Assembly (NCBI RefSeq): GCF_001194135.2
Contig: NC_068981.1
Coordinates: 18,521,625-18,570,171 of the forward strand
Reading direction: 5' to 3'
DNA from: Octopus bimaculoides
Lineage: Eukaryota
DNA length: 48,547 bases
The translations under genes and the position numbers were made by a program. The notes below the pieces were generated by a model. The model searched no databases. It was not told the DNA's origin and saw nothing but the letters and a program-made list of their open reading frames with translations. Below, piece after piece: positions 1 to 10,299 of the stretch (the stretch's first letter is position 1; the number at the start of each line of letters is the position of its first letter).

Positions 1-73
1 TATTTAGCAATTCAGTTAAAGGTGTGAGTGCCAGGCAGAACAGGAGTGGAGAGAGCGTGTCTCCCTGGAATAT

Positions 74-75
<2 letters not shown>

Positions 76-123
<48 letters not shown>
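76..123. repeat. (ATT)n microsatellite
   Basis: Perfect ATT run visible in sequence. Confidence 0.98.
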
Positions 124-126
<3 letters not shown>

Positions 127-487
127 ATGATTGACCCACGAATAGTCAAGAAGGAAGGCGTAAAGATAAATAGATACAACTTTCTTAAGTACAAAATAGC
201 CCTGCTATGGAAAATGAAGAAGGTGAAGATAGTGCCAATTGTTTTGGGGTCCTTGGGAACAGTATCAGAAGGCATCAAAGAGGAATACAAATGAAATTGG
301 AATAGAGTGTCCAGTGGAACTATTACAAAAGGCTTGCCTCCTTGGTACGGCCAGAATAGCCAGGAAAGTATTAGATAGCTGAAAAGAACGGATAGTATGC
401 CCCCTTTGGGCTGCAGGTAGTAAACTCGCTACGCATGCAAGATTCCAGGAGCACCAAAAAAATAAAAAAAACCTGTGATAAACAGAA
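124..487 (+). mobile_element. 5'-truncated 3' end of RLE-type (R4/Dong-like) non-LTR retrotransposon, family A
   Basis: Translates KYKIALLWKMKKVKIVPIVLGSLGTVSEG...(frameshift)IGIECPVELLQKACLLGTARIARKVLDS*, the typical C-terminus of an RLE domain. Followed by a short 3' UTR ending CAGGAGCACC...CCTGTGATAAACAGAAA and an (AAT)n tail. Confidence 0.85.
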
Positions 488-583
<96 letters not shown>

Positions 584-590
584 AAGAAGA
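488..590. repeat. (AAT)n(AAG)n compound microsatellite, tail of LINE fragment
   Basis: Visible directly; begins at the LINE 3' end. Confidence 0.97.
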
Positions 591-610
591 TGAAAAAGAA
601 AACTGATATA

Positions 611-728
611 ATCAGGAAAGTATCAGATAGCTGCAAAGAATGGATAGCATGGTACCGTAGGCTGCAGGTAGCAAGCCTGTTACGCATGTAAGACTGCAGG
701 AGCTCCAACAATACCTGTGATAAAAAGA
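611..728 (+). mobile_element. Second, shorter copy of family A LINE 3' terminus
   Basis: CAGGAAAGTATCAGATAGCTG...GCTGCAGGTAG...CAGGAGCTCCAACAATACCTGTGATAAAAAGAAA aligns by eye to 361-487; followed by an (AAT)/(AAC) tract at 729-806. Confidence 0.85.
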
Positions 729-746
729 AATAATAATAATAATGAT

Positions 747-794
<48 letters not shown>

Positions 795-806
795 AATAAT
801 AATAAT

Positions 807-1211
807 CATGAGGCTGTGTTAGAAAATGAGAATTATAAGATCTTGTGGGATTTCTTCATAAAGTCTAACTATGCTATAGAAGCAAGTAGATCAGATATGA
901 TTATAGAGGATAGAATGGACACATAGTGTAAGGTCATAGGCTTCGTAATTCCCGATGGTAGCAGAGTAAATATCAAAGAAATTGAAAAAAAATAGAAAAA
1001 AGTGTATTATCAGGATCTAGTCAGAGAACTGAAGAGACTGTGGAAAACCAAGACAGCAATTATTCCAGTAGTAATTGGTAAATTTGGCACAACACCCAAG
1101 TTGCTTCATAAAAGACTGTAAGAAATTGGAATTGAAGCTCACATTGTCGATCTGTAGAAAAGTACCATTGTGCATCCTGCAAGAATTCTAAGGAAGGATC
1201 TTGAGATCTGA
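807..1211 (+). mobile_element. RLE endonuclease domain fragment of R4/Dong-like LINE (decayed)
   Basis: HEAVLENENYKILWDF..IEASRSDMII..YQDLVRELKRLWKTKTAIIPVVIGKFGTTPK..PARILRKDLEI*; PD-(D/E)xK-type RLE region with stops and a frameshift. Confidence 0.85.
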
Positions 1212-1297
1212 AGAAATTTTTTTTCACTCAACATCATGATAAAATACCTGCTAACTAAAATAATATGCAACTAGCATAATAGTAATAATGATAATAG

Positions 1298-1506
1298 TTT
1301 CAAAATTAAGTACAAGGCCAGCAATTTCGGGGGAGGGGCCAGTCGATTACATCGACCTTAGTGTTCAACTGGTACTTATTTTATCGATCTCGAAAAGATT
1401 AAAGGCAAAGTAGACTTCACCGGAATTTGAACTCAGAACGTAAAGACTGACGAAATGTCGGTAAGCAGTTTACCCGGTATGCTAAGGATTCTGCCAGCTC
1501 CCTACC

Positions 1507-1510
<4 letters not shown>
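1298..1510 (-). mobile_element. tRNA-derived SINE, family 1 (tail type A), near full length
   Basis: Minus strand reads GGGAGCTGGCAGAATCC (box A-like)...GAGTTCAAATTCC (box B)...TTTGCCTTTAATCTTTTCGAGATCGATAAAATAAGTACCAG (central conserved domain)...GCTGGCCTTGTACTTAATTTTGAAA; several homologous copies in the window. Confidence 0.9.
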
Positions 1511-1588
<78 letters not shown>

Positions 1589-1601
1589 TGATGATGATGA
1601 T
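1510..1601. repeat. (AAT)n(GAT)n microsatellite
   Basis: Visible directly. Confidence 0.97.
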
Positions 1602-1605
1602 AACT

Positions 1606-2205
1606 ACTACAAAATTGGTATTGCTGCTTACTGGTATGAACATCATCCTGAGCCAGTCGTTGAAGGTAAAATTGTCATTATCCTCTGTGATTTTCCCACT
1701 CAACACTGACAGAACGATCCAGGCTAATTGACCAGACATAATTATTAAAGACAAGGAAGAAAATTCATGTAGAATAATAGACGTAAATGTTCCTACTGAT
1801 AAAAATTTATCTGTGAAGGAATGTGATAAATTAAGTAAATATAAGGGCCTGGATATTGAAATGCAAAAGATGTGGCATCTTAAAGCGAGAATTGTTCCTG
1901 TTATTGTAGGTGGCCTAGGTATGATAAAAAAGGACGTCAGAAACTTTAGATAATATCCCAGGAGAACCATGCCTCAGAGAAATCCAAAAGATTGTGCTGA
2001 CAAGTACTGCCCGCATCCTTAGAAAAACCATATCCATTTAAATGTCTGTGTTGTATTACATAAAGATATTTCGCTACTGCCCCTGCCATTTGCGCTCCCC
2101 AAGCTTTCAGTCATACTGTAACATCTCTTATCCTTCACTCGCCCTAGGACGCTGGGTGTGTTTCGGAAAATGATTGTAACAAACATGCAGATTAAAAGTA
2201 AATAA
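1606..2205 (+). mobile_element. 3' end (RLE domain + 3' UTR) of R4/Dong-like LINE, family B
   Basis: WYEHHPEPVVEG..TDRTIQAN*PDIIIKDKEENSCRIIDVNVPTDKNLSVKECDKLSKYKGLDIEMQKMWHLKARIVPVIVGGLG..STARILRKTISI* (stop 2039-2041), then ~160 nt UTR. Confidence 0.9.
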
Positions 2206-2239
2206 CAATAGCAACAGCAATAATAGAAATAACCAAGAG

Positions 2240-4988
2240 AATCAAGCAGAGTAAACAAGACCGAGCGCTCTGAGAAGTAAAACAACAACAACAATATTAT
2301 TTATGCATCTGCTAAAGCAATTAAATCCAGTTGTATCCCTCTGAAAAACAAAGAAAACCAAACCTGGGAAGAAATCCAAACTAGAGTAAAATTGAAAAAG
2401 AGAGTGAATTAATGAGAGGTGAAATATCGATATTAAATGAACTAATCTGTAGAAACGATGTAAGATCCAGAGAAGGAAGAAAGACGAAGAGAAAATATGG
2501 ACTCTCACCAAGGGAAGAACTAATATCAACAAAAGAAACACTAAAACAAAAAGTCCAAGCAAAAGCTCAATGCATGCGAAGATATGAGAAAAGAAACAAG
2601 TTTTGCAAGTGAAATAAGCTGTTCACATCCAATGCCAAAATATTTCACAGAGAAACAGGGAAGAAGAAGACAACCGCCGAAAAGCCTCCCTTCCCATGGA
2701 AGAAGTTGAAAACATTTGGAAAAGAATTTGGTGTGATGCGAAGACATATAATGAAAATGTAGGTTGGATTAGTCGCACTGAAGGATCGTACCAACATTTA
2801 TCAGAACAAGCGTGGAAAGACATCACAATAGCAGACCTAAGATGACCCTCACAAAGGCTCATAAGTGGAAATCCCTCAGTAACGATTGGTTGCCACATTT
2901 CTGGCTCGCACGTTCCCGTGTAAACACGAAAAGTTAGTCCAACTGTTCAACAAAGTTTTGACAGATCCTAAGAAAACACCTGATTGGTTAGCATGTGATA
3001 TTACTTTTTATTTTTATTTTTTGCCCACAAGAGGCTAAACATACAGGGGACACACAAAGACAGACAAAGGGATTAAGTCGATTACATCGACCCCAGTGCA
3101 TAACTGGTACTTAGTTTATCTACCCGAAAGGATCAAAGGCAAAGTCAACCTCGGCGGAATTTGAACTCAGAACGTAACGGCAGACGAAATATTATTAAGT
3201 GATATTACTTACCTACTCCCAAAGAATAATGAAATCAAATTTTCAAAACATTATCAGCCCATAAGCTGTGTATTCTACCACGTATAAAATCTTAACATCT
3301 TTCCTCGTGAAGAAACATATGCAATTGCGGGACAGAACGATATTTTCCCTATTGAAAAAAAAGGGTGCCAACGGTGCTCATAGGATGTAAAAATCAACTA
3401 ATAACTCGCAGAAATCTCAGTCCCGCATGGATTGATTACAAAAAGGCCTTTGACAGCAACCGCATTCATGGAAGTTGAAATTACTGGGCACCTTCAAAAT
3501 TTCTCCTGTAATTTCAAACTCCCTGAAGCATAATATGTCATTGTGGTGTACGAATCAACAATAATAATATCACTCTAATGGAGTACTAACTTCAAACAAC
3601 ATTAACATCAACTGTGGCATTTTTCAGGGTGACTCACTTCCACCTCTAATTTTTTGCATAACATTAAGACTGCTCCCAAGTGAACTTAGAACAGAGTATG
3701 GGTATAAAATTGACAAGAAAAAAAGCCATCTATTTTATATGGATAACTTAAAACTCGATGGCAAAGTCAATGATAAGCTTCAAGGCCTATTACATACTGT
3801 GAAAGCATTCAGTGATGATATCGGAATGGAGTTTGGTCTTGTTAAGTGTGCGAAGGCCACTTTCCAAGAAGGGAAATCGAAGACTTTACATCTACTCGTG
3901 TCGTTGACACAGTTATAAAAGAACTTGAGGTGAAACAAATTTACAAATACCCCAGAATAAATAAAGGCTCTGGCATTCAGTATGCAAACATGAAAGAGAT
4001 CAAGAAAGAATGTTATATGAGAGTTCTGGCAGTCTTGAAATCTGAGTTAAATGCACATAACAACGTGTTAAGCCATAAATTCCTTAAAAGTTCCAGTTGT
4101 TACTAAAAGCTTTAATATGTTAAACTGGGATATCAGTGGAATAAAGAAAATTGACGGAAAAATACATAAGCTTCTAACTTGTTATAAGATGCACCACCCA
4201 AAAACAGACGTGAATCGTTTTTACCTTTTCAGAGCACAAGGAAGTAGCGGCATGATCCAATTTGAACTCTCTTTCAAAACCACCACAATTAGACTGGCCA
4301 AATAGCTTGAAAAATCTAACGACTGCATGCTAAAACTCGTTGAAAATCCCGAGAGGCGTAAGAACCTTCATTTGGTGACGGAGGAGAGCAAAAAATTTGC
4401 TACTGAGTTCATGCATGATATTCAGGCTTAACAACTTGAGGGAAGTACGGCAACTGTTGTTGTAAAGAAGCTGAAATTAAGGGCAAGGAAAAAGTGCATG
4501 AACAATTGATTTCGGAGCCCAGGGATAATGGCAGAGAGCGAAGGCTTCACTTTAGCTGCTCAAAATCAAAGCTTATTGACCGGGAAATACCAAGCCAATG
4601 TGATGGAAAATTGAGTTGATCCAACGTGCCGATTCTGTAACGACGAGATCGAAACAGTGTACCATCTCTGGTTGCTAAGTTTTAGCACCAATAGTCAAGA
4701 CATGAGAGAGTTGGCTAATATCAACACTAGTTAATATGTAGGCATTACAAAATCAAAACTATTGACAAGTGGCATAAACACCACCCTGAGGCTGTAACTG
4801 AGGGGGAAAATGTAACAATTCTTTTAAACTTTCCAGTACATACAGACAAAAACCATCAAAGCTAATAAACCGGATTCTGTTGTGAAATACCAAAACAATA
4901 AAGCCTGTCTATTGATCGACACGAATACTCCTTGTAACCATAATATTTCAGCAAAAGAATTTGACAAACTCAGAAAATATAAAGACTT
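2240..4988 (+). mobile_element. Decayed R4/Dong-like LINE ORF (RT + CCHC zinc knuckle + RLE), interrupted by a SINE
   Basis: Across frameshifts: DWLACDIT|YLLPKNNE..YQPISC, WIDYKKAFDS, GIFQGDSLPPLIF, HLFYMDNLKL (YxDD-like), FSDDIGMEFGLVKCA, MHHPKTDVNRFY, CRFCNDEIETVYHL (CCHC), WHKHHPEAV..IKANKPDSVV..KLRKYKDF. Confidence 0.93.
3007..3198 (-). mobile_element. 5'-truncated tRNA-derived SINE, family 1 (tail type B), with 12-bp TSD
   Basis: Box B, central domain and tail B on the minus strand; flanked by exact direct repeat GTGATATTACTT at 2995-3006 and 3199-3210. Confidence 0.92.
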
Positions 4989-5023
4989 CAGGAGCTCCAA
5001 CAAGACTTGTGACAAAGAGAAAA

Positions 5024-5103
<80 letters not shown>
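4989..5103 (+). mobile_element. 35-nt family A LINE 3' terminus plus (GAT)n tail
   Basis: CAGGAGCTCCAACAAGACTTGTGACAAAGAGAAAA matches the family A terminus at ~697-728; (GAT)n at 5024-5103. Confidence 0.7.
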
Positions 5104-5104
<1 letters not shown>

Positions 5105-5959
5105 TATCGGTTAATATTGGTAGTGCTGAATAAGATAATTCCAACACAGATTGAATCAAGAGAGACTTGGAAACAGATCTCTCTAGAAAATCTGAAATAA
5201 ATAACATCACAACGAAAAGCAAAATCAAAATTTACAAAAATACGTGAGTAAATAAATCAAGAAAAAATGAAGGAGATGCTATTAAAGCACAAATTATATC
5301 GTTGAAATAGTATACATGTCTATTAATGAGATCAACATGTAACATGAAGAAAACAAAGAGGAATGAACTTTCCAATACTAACAAAATGATTTGAAACGAT
5401 ACCAGTAAATACAGCTGATACTAATTTAGCTTTGCATTTCAATGATTTCTACGAATAAAATGTGTTCTTTAAGTAACGCTTCTTTAAATAATGTTTCCTT
5501 TAAATAAATAACTGAAAATTGGGATAATCAATACAAAAAGAAACCAACTTTTAAATACTAACAAAACAAACGAATTTTAGATAAGTGTACACTATTTAAA
5601 AAGAAATCAAAGATGTCATTTATAGAAAAAATCAAATTAATCATTAACAAAATGCTTTTGATCGGGCTTATGTTGTATGATAGATTTCTTAGTGTTAGCT
5701 TATTACTAATATAATACGAAGATAACATATTGGTTTAGAAGCAGTACTCTCTCACAAGATTGACTCTAAAGAAAACCGTTTGTCTTTTACTGTGAGTGCT
5801 TAAAAATACAAGCAAAATTAAAAGAATATAGTCGACCAATGAACATTATGTTGTAGTGTTATGCACATATTACACATTAACATTATATCCAATTCATACA
5901 AGTGCTATAAAAGATACACGAGTTGAGAGAAAAGCGAGGAAGTAAGGGAAATATCTCTG

Positions 5960-6130
5960 AAAAATACATTTGGGAATGTACGGAGATTTATAATAAAGAT
6001 AGCAAGATCCCCGCCAAATTGAAACAAAGCAGATTAAAGAAAGAATTCCTACTGAACATAACACAAAAATACCGACTGTTTATGGTCTGTCACAAATCAA
6101 TAAAAGCACCAAAACAGAAACCACTACATA
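5960..6130 (+). mobile_element. Possible Penelope-like RT relic
   Basis: One frame gives KIPTVYGLSQINKS, resembling the PLE P.FYGLPKIHK motif; single short motif only. Confidence 0.3.
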
Positions 6131-6219
6131 TTACAATACATAATAATCCACAAAAGAAAGTAATGTAGCAGAGACAGCCACACATACAATAAACGATACC
6201 ACAAAACAGTGAATACATT

Positions 6220-6426
6220 CTTTTCTACTCTAGGAACAAGGCCTGAAATTTTTTTGGTGGGTGGGTGGGACTTAAGTCAATTAGACCGACCCCAGTACGC
6301 AACTGGTACATAATTTATCGACCCCGAAAGGATGAACGGCAAAGTCGACTTCGGCGGAATTTGAACACAGAACGTAAAGACAGACGAAATACCGCTAAGC
6401 ATTTCGCTCGGCGTGCTAACGTTTCT
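6220..6426 (-). mobile_element. tRNA-derived SINE family 1 (tail A), lacking the first ~15-20 nt; downstream half of a dimer
   Basis: Box B-like GTGTTCAAATTCC, central domain, tail CAGGCCTTGTTCCTAGAGTAGAAAAG. Confidence 0.9.
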
Positions 6427-6660
6427 TATTTCTTTATTGCTCACAAGGGGCTAAACATAGAGGGGACAAACAAGGACAGACAAAGGGATTAAGTCGATTA
6501 CATCGACCTCTGTGCGTAACTGGTACTTAATTTATCGACCTCGAAAGGATGAAAGGCAAAGTTGACCTCGGCGGAATTTGAAGTCAGAACGTAAAGACGG
6601 ACGAAATACCGCTAAGCATTTCGCTCGGCGTGCTAACGTTTCTGCCAGCTCGCCGTCTTA
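6427..6660 (-). mobile_element. tRNA-derived SINE family 1 (tail B), full length; upstream half of a dimer
   Basis: Minus strand TAAGACGGCGAGCTGGCAGAAACGTTAGC...ACTTCAAATTCC...TGTTTAGCCCCTTGTGAGCAATAAAGAAATA. Confidence 0.92.
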
Positions 6661-6867
6661 AAATAGTGAATATATTACAAATCCCATTTAAATAGGAAAC
6701 ACACAAGGCTTTGTAGCTAATAAAGAACAGACATGCGATTAGAGTTGACTATGACAGGTTACGGTATAGTTTCTTGGAACAATATTTCAGCGTCGGAAAA
6801 AAACTATTCGTTTGAAAGAAATATTTATGAGAGAAGAAAATAAAAATATATGAGTTAATTAAGTATA

Positions 6868-7300
6868 GGCGTAGGAGTGGCTGTGTGGTAAGTAGCTTTC
6901 TTACCAACCACATGGTTCCGGGTTCAGTCCCACTGCGTGGCAACTTGGGCAAGTGTCCTCTACTATAGCCTCGGGCCGACCAAAGCCTTGTGAGTGGATT
7001 TGGTAGACGGAAACTGAAAGAAGCCCGTCGTATATGTATATATATATATATATATATTTATATATGTGTGTGTGTGTGTGTATGTTTGTGTGTTTGTCTC
7101 CCCCAACATCGCTTGACAACCGATGCTGGTGTGTTTACGTCCCCGTAACTTAGCGGTTCGGCAAAACGAGAGAGATAGAATAAGTACTAGGCTTCCAAAG
7201 AATAAGTCCTGGGGACGATCTGCTCGACTAAAGGCGGTGCTCCAGCATGGCCGCAGTCAAATGACTGAAACAAGTAAAAGAGTAAAGAGTAAAAGAGTAA
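6868..7300 (+). mobile_element. tRNA-derived SINE family 2 (CORE-like), full length, with internal (TA)n(TG)n
   Basis: Head GGCGTAGGAGTGGCTGTGTGGTAAG...GGTTCAGTCCC (boxes A/B), CORE-like CTTGGGCAAGTGTC, internal microsatellite 7030-7085, tail TGACTGAAACAAGTAAAAGAGTAAAGAG; homologues at 19228, 39845, 45779. Confidence 0.9.
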
Positions 7301-7429
7301 TTAAGAGTTATTTCTGGAAGATACTTTGCAAAACAGTTTACTCAATTTAAAAATGATAAAATCACACAAATGAAATTGAACAGGATAATGAAATTACACA
7401 AATTTGACATCCCTACAAAGTCTTCTTAA

Positions 7430-7780
7430 TGTGGAGAGAAGTTTAAGTTATGGATACAAGGAATGAAATATTTCCAAATAACGAGTAATCTCGACTTGGA
7501 TCTTAATAAAGTACAGCTTTTATTCTTACATACAGGGCTTGATGTAATGTTCATTACACAAGATTGCATCAAGGAAACTGTGAAGAAGATCGACACCACC
7601 TGAAACCTGTTGACACACCTATACCCGTCTGGTATTAACTTACTGTGGAGAATCCCGAACGTGCATCACTTCGTAGATCTACAAAACTAAGTAAACTGGC
7701 TGAGCGTGGAAATTTGCAAACATTTGTGAACTCTACTATTTTGATGTATTTGAGAAAACTAAACTGTATATGTGGATTGA
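7430..7780 (+). mobile_element. Possible Ty3/Gypsy gag relic
   Basis: GEKFKLWIQGMKYF..NKVQLLFLHTGLDVMFI.. and ERASLRR..YLRKLNC resemble the pattern of invertebrate Gypsy gag N-termini (W..F..F, K.ALLLH.AG.V, ER..FR, LR.L..C); weak similarity from memory. Confidence 0.3.
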
Positions 7781-8210
7781 TGACTACTATGATAACAACA
7801 ACGAAAATGACAACAACAGCAACAACAATAATATAAACAGCTTCAACTGACAATAACAATTTATTAAATAGAGAAAAATGTTATAAGAGCGGCTTATTAT
7901 AGGTTGTCGGAGTGTTTCATGTAACAACAGTTCGGTGTCAGTAAAACTATTCATTTGGATGAAATATTTACGAGAAAAGCTACGGAAAATATATAGTTCT
8001 TATATTGATTTAGAGCTGCTTCTGAACAACACATGAGACAAAGTAAAAAGAACTAAAATTCACAAAGATAGCGAAAACCAGTGAAGACAATAGACATCCT
8101 GGCAGAAACACTTTTAATCAAATACACAACCACTACAAGAGTATAAAGTCAGTATTCAACAACAGACGACAAACAGAATAAAATACACTGAACAACTGAG
8201 TTTAGGTTGA

Positions 8211-8705
8211 GGAAGATCTAACAGGAATGGTAATGGAGGAGGAGAGGAGGGGGAGCAAGTGGAGGAGAAGAGAAAGGAGAAGAAGAAGACGAAGGTATGG
8301 AAGGAAAAAGGAAGAGAAGAGGAAGACGAATAGAGGAAGAAAGAGTATATGGAGTGATAAAAGGAAAAAAAAGATGAAACGAAGGAAAGAAGAGGAAGTA
8401 TAAGAAGAGAGGAAGATAAAAAGAAAATAAGGAAGAGAGAGAGAGAGAGATGAAGGCATAGAAGAAAAGGTGAAACGAAGAAGGAGGAAGAGGAGAGGAA
8501 GAAAAAGAAGAAAGGAGGAAAAGGGAAAAGAGAACAAAAAAAGTAAAAGATGAAAGGAAGAGAAAGTAAAAAAGAAGAAGGAGATAAAAGGAGGAGCAAG
8601 AGAAGAAAATAAGAAACAAGAAAATAAGGAGAAGAAGAAGAAGAAGAAGAAGAAGAAGAAGAAGAAGAAGAAGAAGAAGAAGAAGAAGAAGAAGAAGAGG
8701 AAGAA
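8211..8705. repeat. ~500-bp polypurine (G/A) low-complexity tract ending in (GAA)n
   Basis: Plus strand is overwhelmingly A/G; perfect (AAG)n at ~8632-8698. Confidence 0.95.
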
Positions 8706-9533
8706 TTGACTATTAATTCTGCCATGAAGGGAAACCATTGGGTCTGAGGATTTCCATGATACAGCCCCCCCCCCCAGATCATAATAGATCCTCCATGTTT
8801 AACAGTTGGAAGAAGGCAGTCTGGGTCAAATGCTTCTTTTGGCTGTATCCACACGTATACTCAGCCGGTGGTCGGAAATAAGGTGAAGGATGACTCATCC
8901 AAGAAAATAATTCTTCCACTGCTCTAGGGGACCAATTCTGTAGGTTTTTACTCCACTCTAAAAGCTTTGCAATGTTTGTTTTTGTCAGTAATGGTTTTCT
9001 GATTGCAGTCCTCCTGTGAAATCCAGCTTTGTGCAGCTTCCGGTGAACAGATTTGTGGAAACTGGATTCTTGAGGTGGTCATTAAGCTCTGCAGTAATTT
9101 TGGGAGCTGTACTCTTGTGATCCTTTCTACCAATTCACATATGAATCCGACGGTCCCTATCTGAAAGTTTTGGTTTTTTCCGGAGTTTTGTTTCGACGAA
9201 GAGGTTTTTCCCTCTTTCTCAAAGGCTGTCATTACTTTCGAGACAGTACTTCTTGATACACCAAACATTTCAGCTGTTTTCGTTACGCTAGCACCTACCA
9301 TACGAACACCAACAATTTGATCTCTTTGAAAGTCCGCTAAATCTCTCATTTTAATGAATTTTAATTACCTTTTTCTGATAATATCTGAAAAGAAGCAGCA
9401 ATTTTAGCAAATAATGTTAAGCAGCACTAATAAATCAAAAAACAAAAATAAACAAGCTTTTGGAGGTTTTATAGATATTTCAAAATTATGATGCCATGAT
9501 GCTAGGTTTTCCTGTTATTTTGTCCAACCCCTG
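8706..9533 (-). mobile_element. Tc1-family DNA transposon, 5' TIR plus N-terminal two-thirds of transposase (decayed)
   Basis: Terminus CAGGGGTTGGACAAAATAACAGGAAAACC next to TA (9534-9535); ORF 9349- MRDLADFQRDQIVGVRMVGASVTKTAEMFGVSRSTVSKVM (paired HTH); then IIFLDESSFTL (first catalytic D), PTVKHGGSIMIWG and GRINSQ. Confidence 0.93.
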
Positions 9534-9670
9534 TATATATATATATATATACAGACACACACACCAACACAAAAAAACACACACTCACACACACACACAC
9601 TCTCTCTCTCTCACTTTTCCCCACCCTCTCTTACTATCCTATATATCTCTCTCTCCACCCCTACACACTC
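9534..9670. repeat. (TA)n, (CA)n, (TC)n microsatellite cluster
   Basis: Visible directly. Confidence 0.9.
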
Positions 9671-10299
9671 AATAAAACTATATAAAGAGACCCTCCGCAA
9701 AGTTTTCTCAAAACAATTTGAAAATCCTACACGACTAGGTGAAAAGCGCTTTATTTAATATGTGACATTAATAAAAATCTGTANNNNNNNNNNNNNNNNN
9801 NNNNNNNNNNNNNNNNNNNNNNNNNNNNNNNNNNNNNNNNNNNNNNNNNNNNNNNNNNNNNNNNNNNNNNNNNNNNNNNNNNNNNNNNNNNNNNNNNNNN
9901 NNNNNNNNNNNNNNNNNNNNNNNNNNNNNNNNNNNNNNNNNNNNNNNNNNNNNNNNNNNNNNNNNNNNNNNNNNNNNNNNNNNNNNNNNNNNNNNNNNNN
10001 NNNNNNNNNNNNNNNNNNNNNNNNNNNNNNNNNNNNNNNNNNNNNNNNNNNNNNNNNNNNNNNNNNNNNNNNNNNNNNNNNNNNNNNNNNNNNNNNNNNN
10101 NNNNNNNNNNNNNNNNNNNNNNNNNNNNNNNNNNNNNNNNNNNNNNNNNNNNNNNNNNNNNNNNNNNNNNNNNNNNNNNNNNNNNNNNNNNNNNNNNNNN
10201 NNNNNNNNNNNNNNATATATATATATATATATATATACATACCTGTATCGTCACGATTAGTTCTCATCAGCGAGTCTCACTGACACAATGGTCATTGAA

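Noticed and set aside
6220-6660. Tandem repeated units resembling a repeat-spacer array
   Set aside because: Two SINE copies; eukaryotic context, no CRISPR-like periodicity or cas genes
8156-8854. 232-aa minus-strand ORF (longest in the track)
   Set aside because: Chimera of a short Tc1 transposase segment and the polypyrimidine tract; not a gene
9751-10283. ORFs spanning N runs (also 19.5, 21.3-21.9, 26.1-26.7, 41.6-42.3, 42.9-43.3 and 46.8-47.5 kb)
   Set aside because: Artefacts of assembly gaps lacking stop codons
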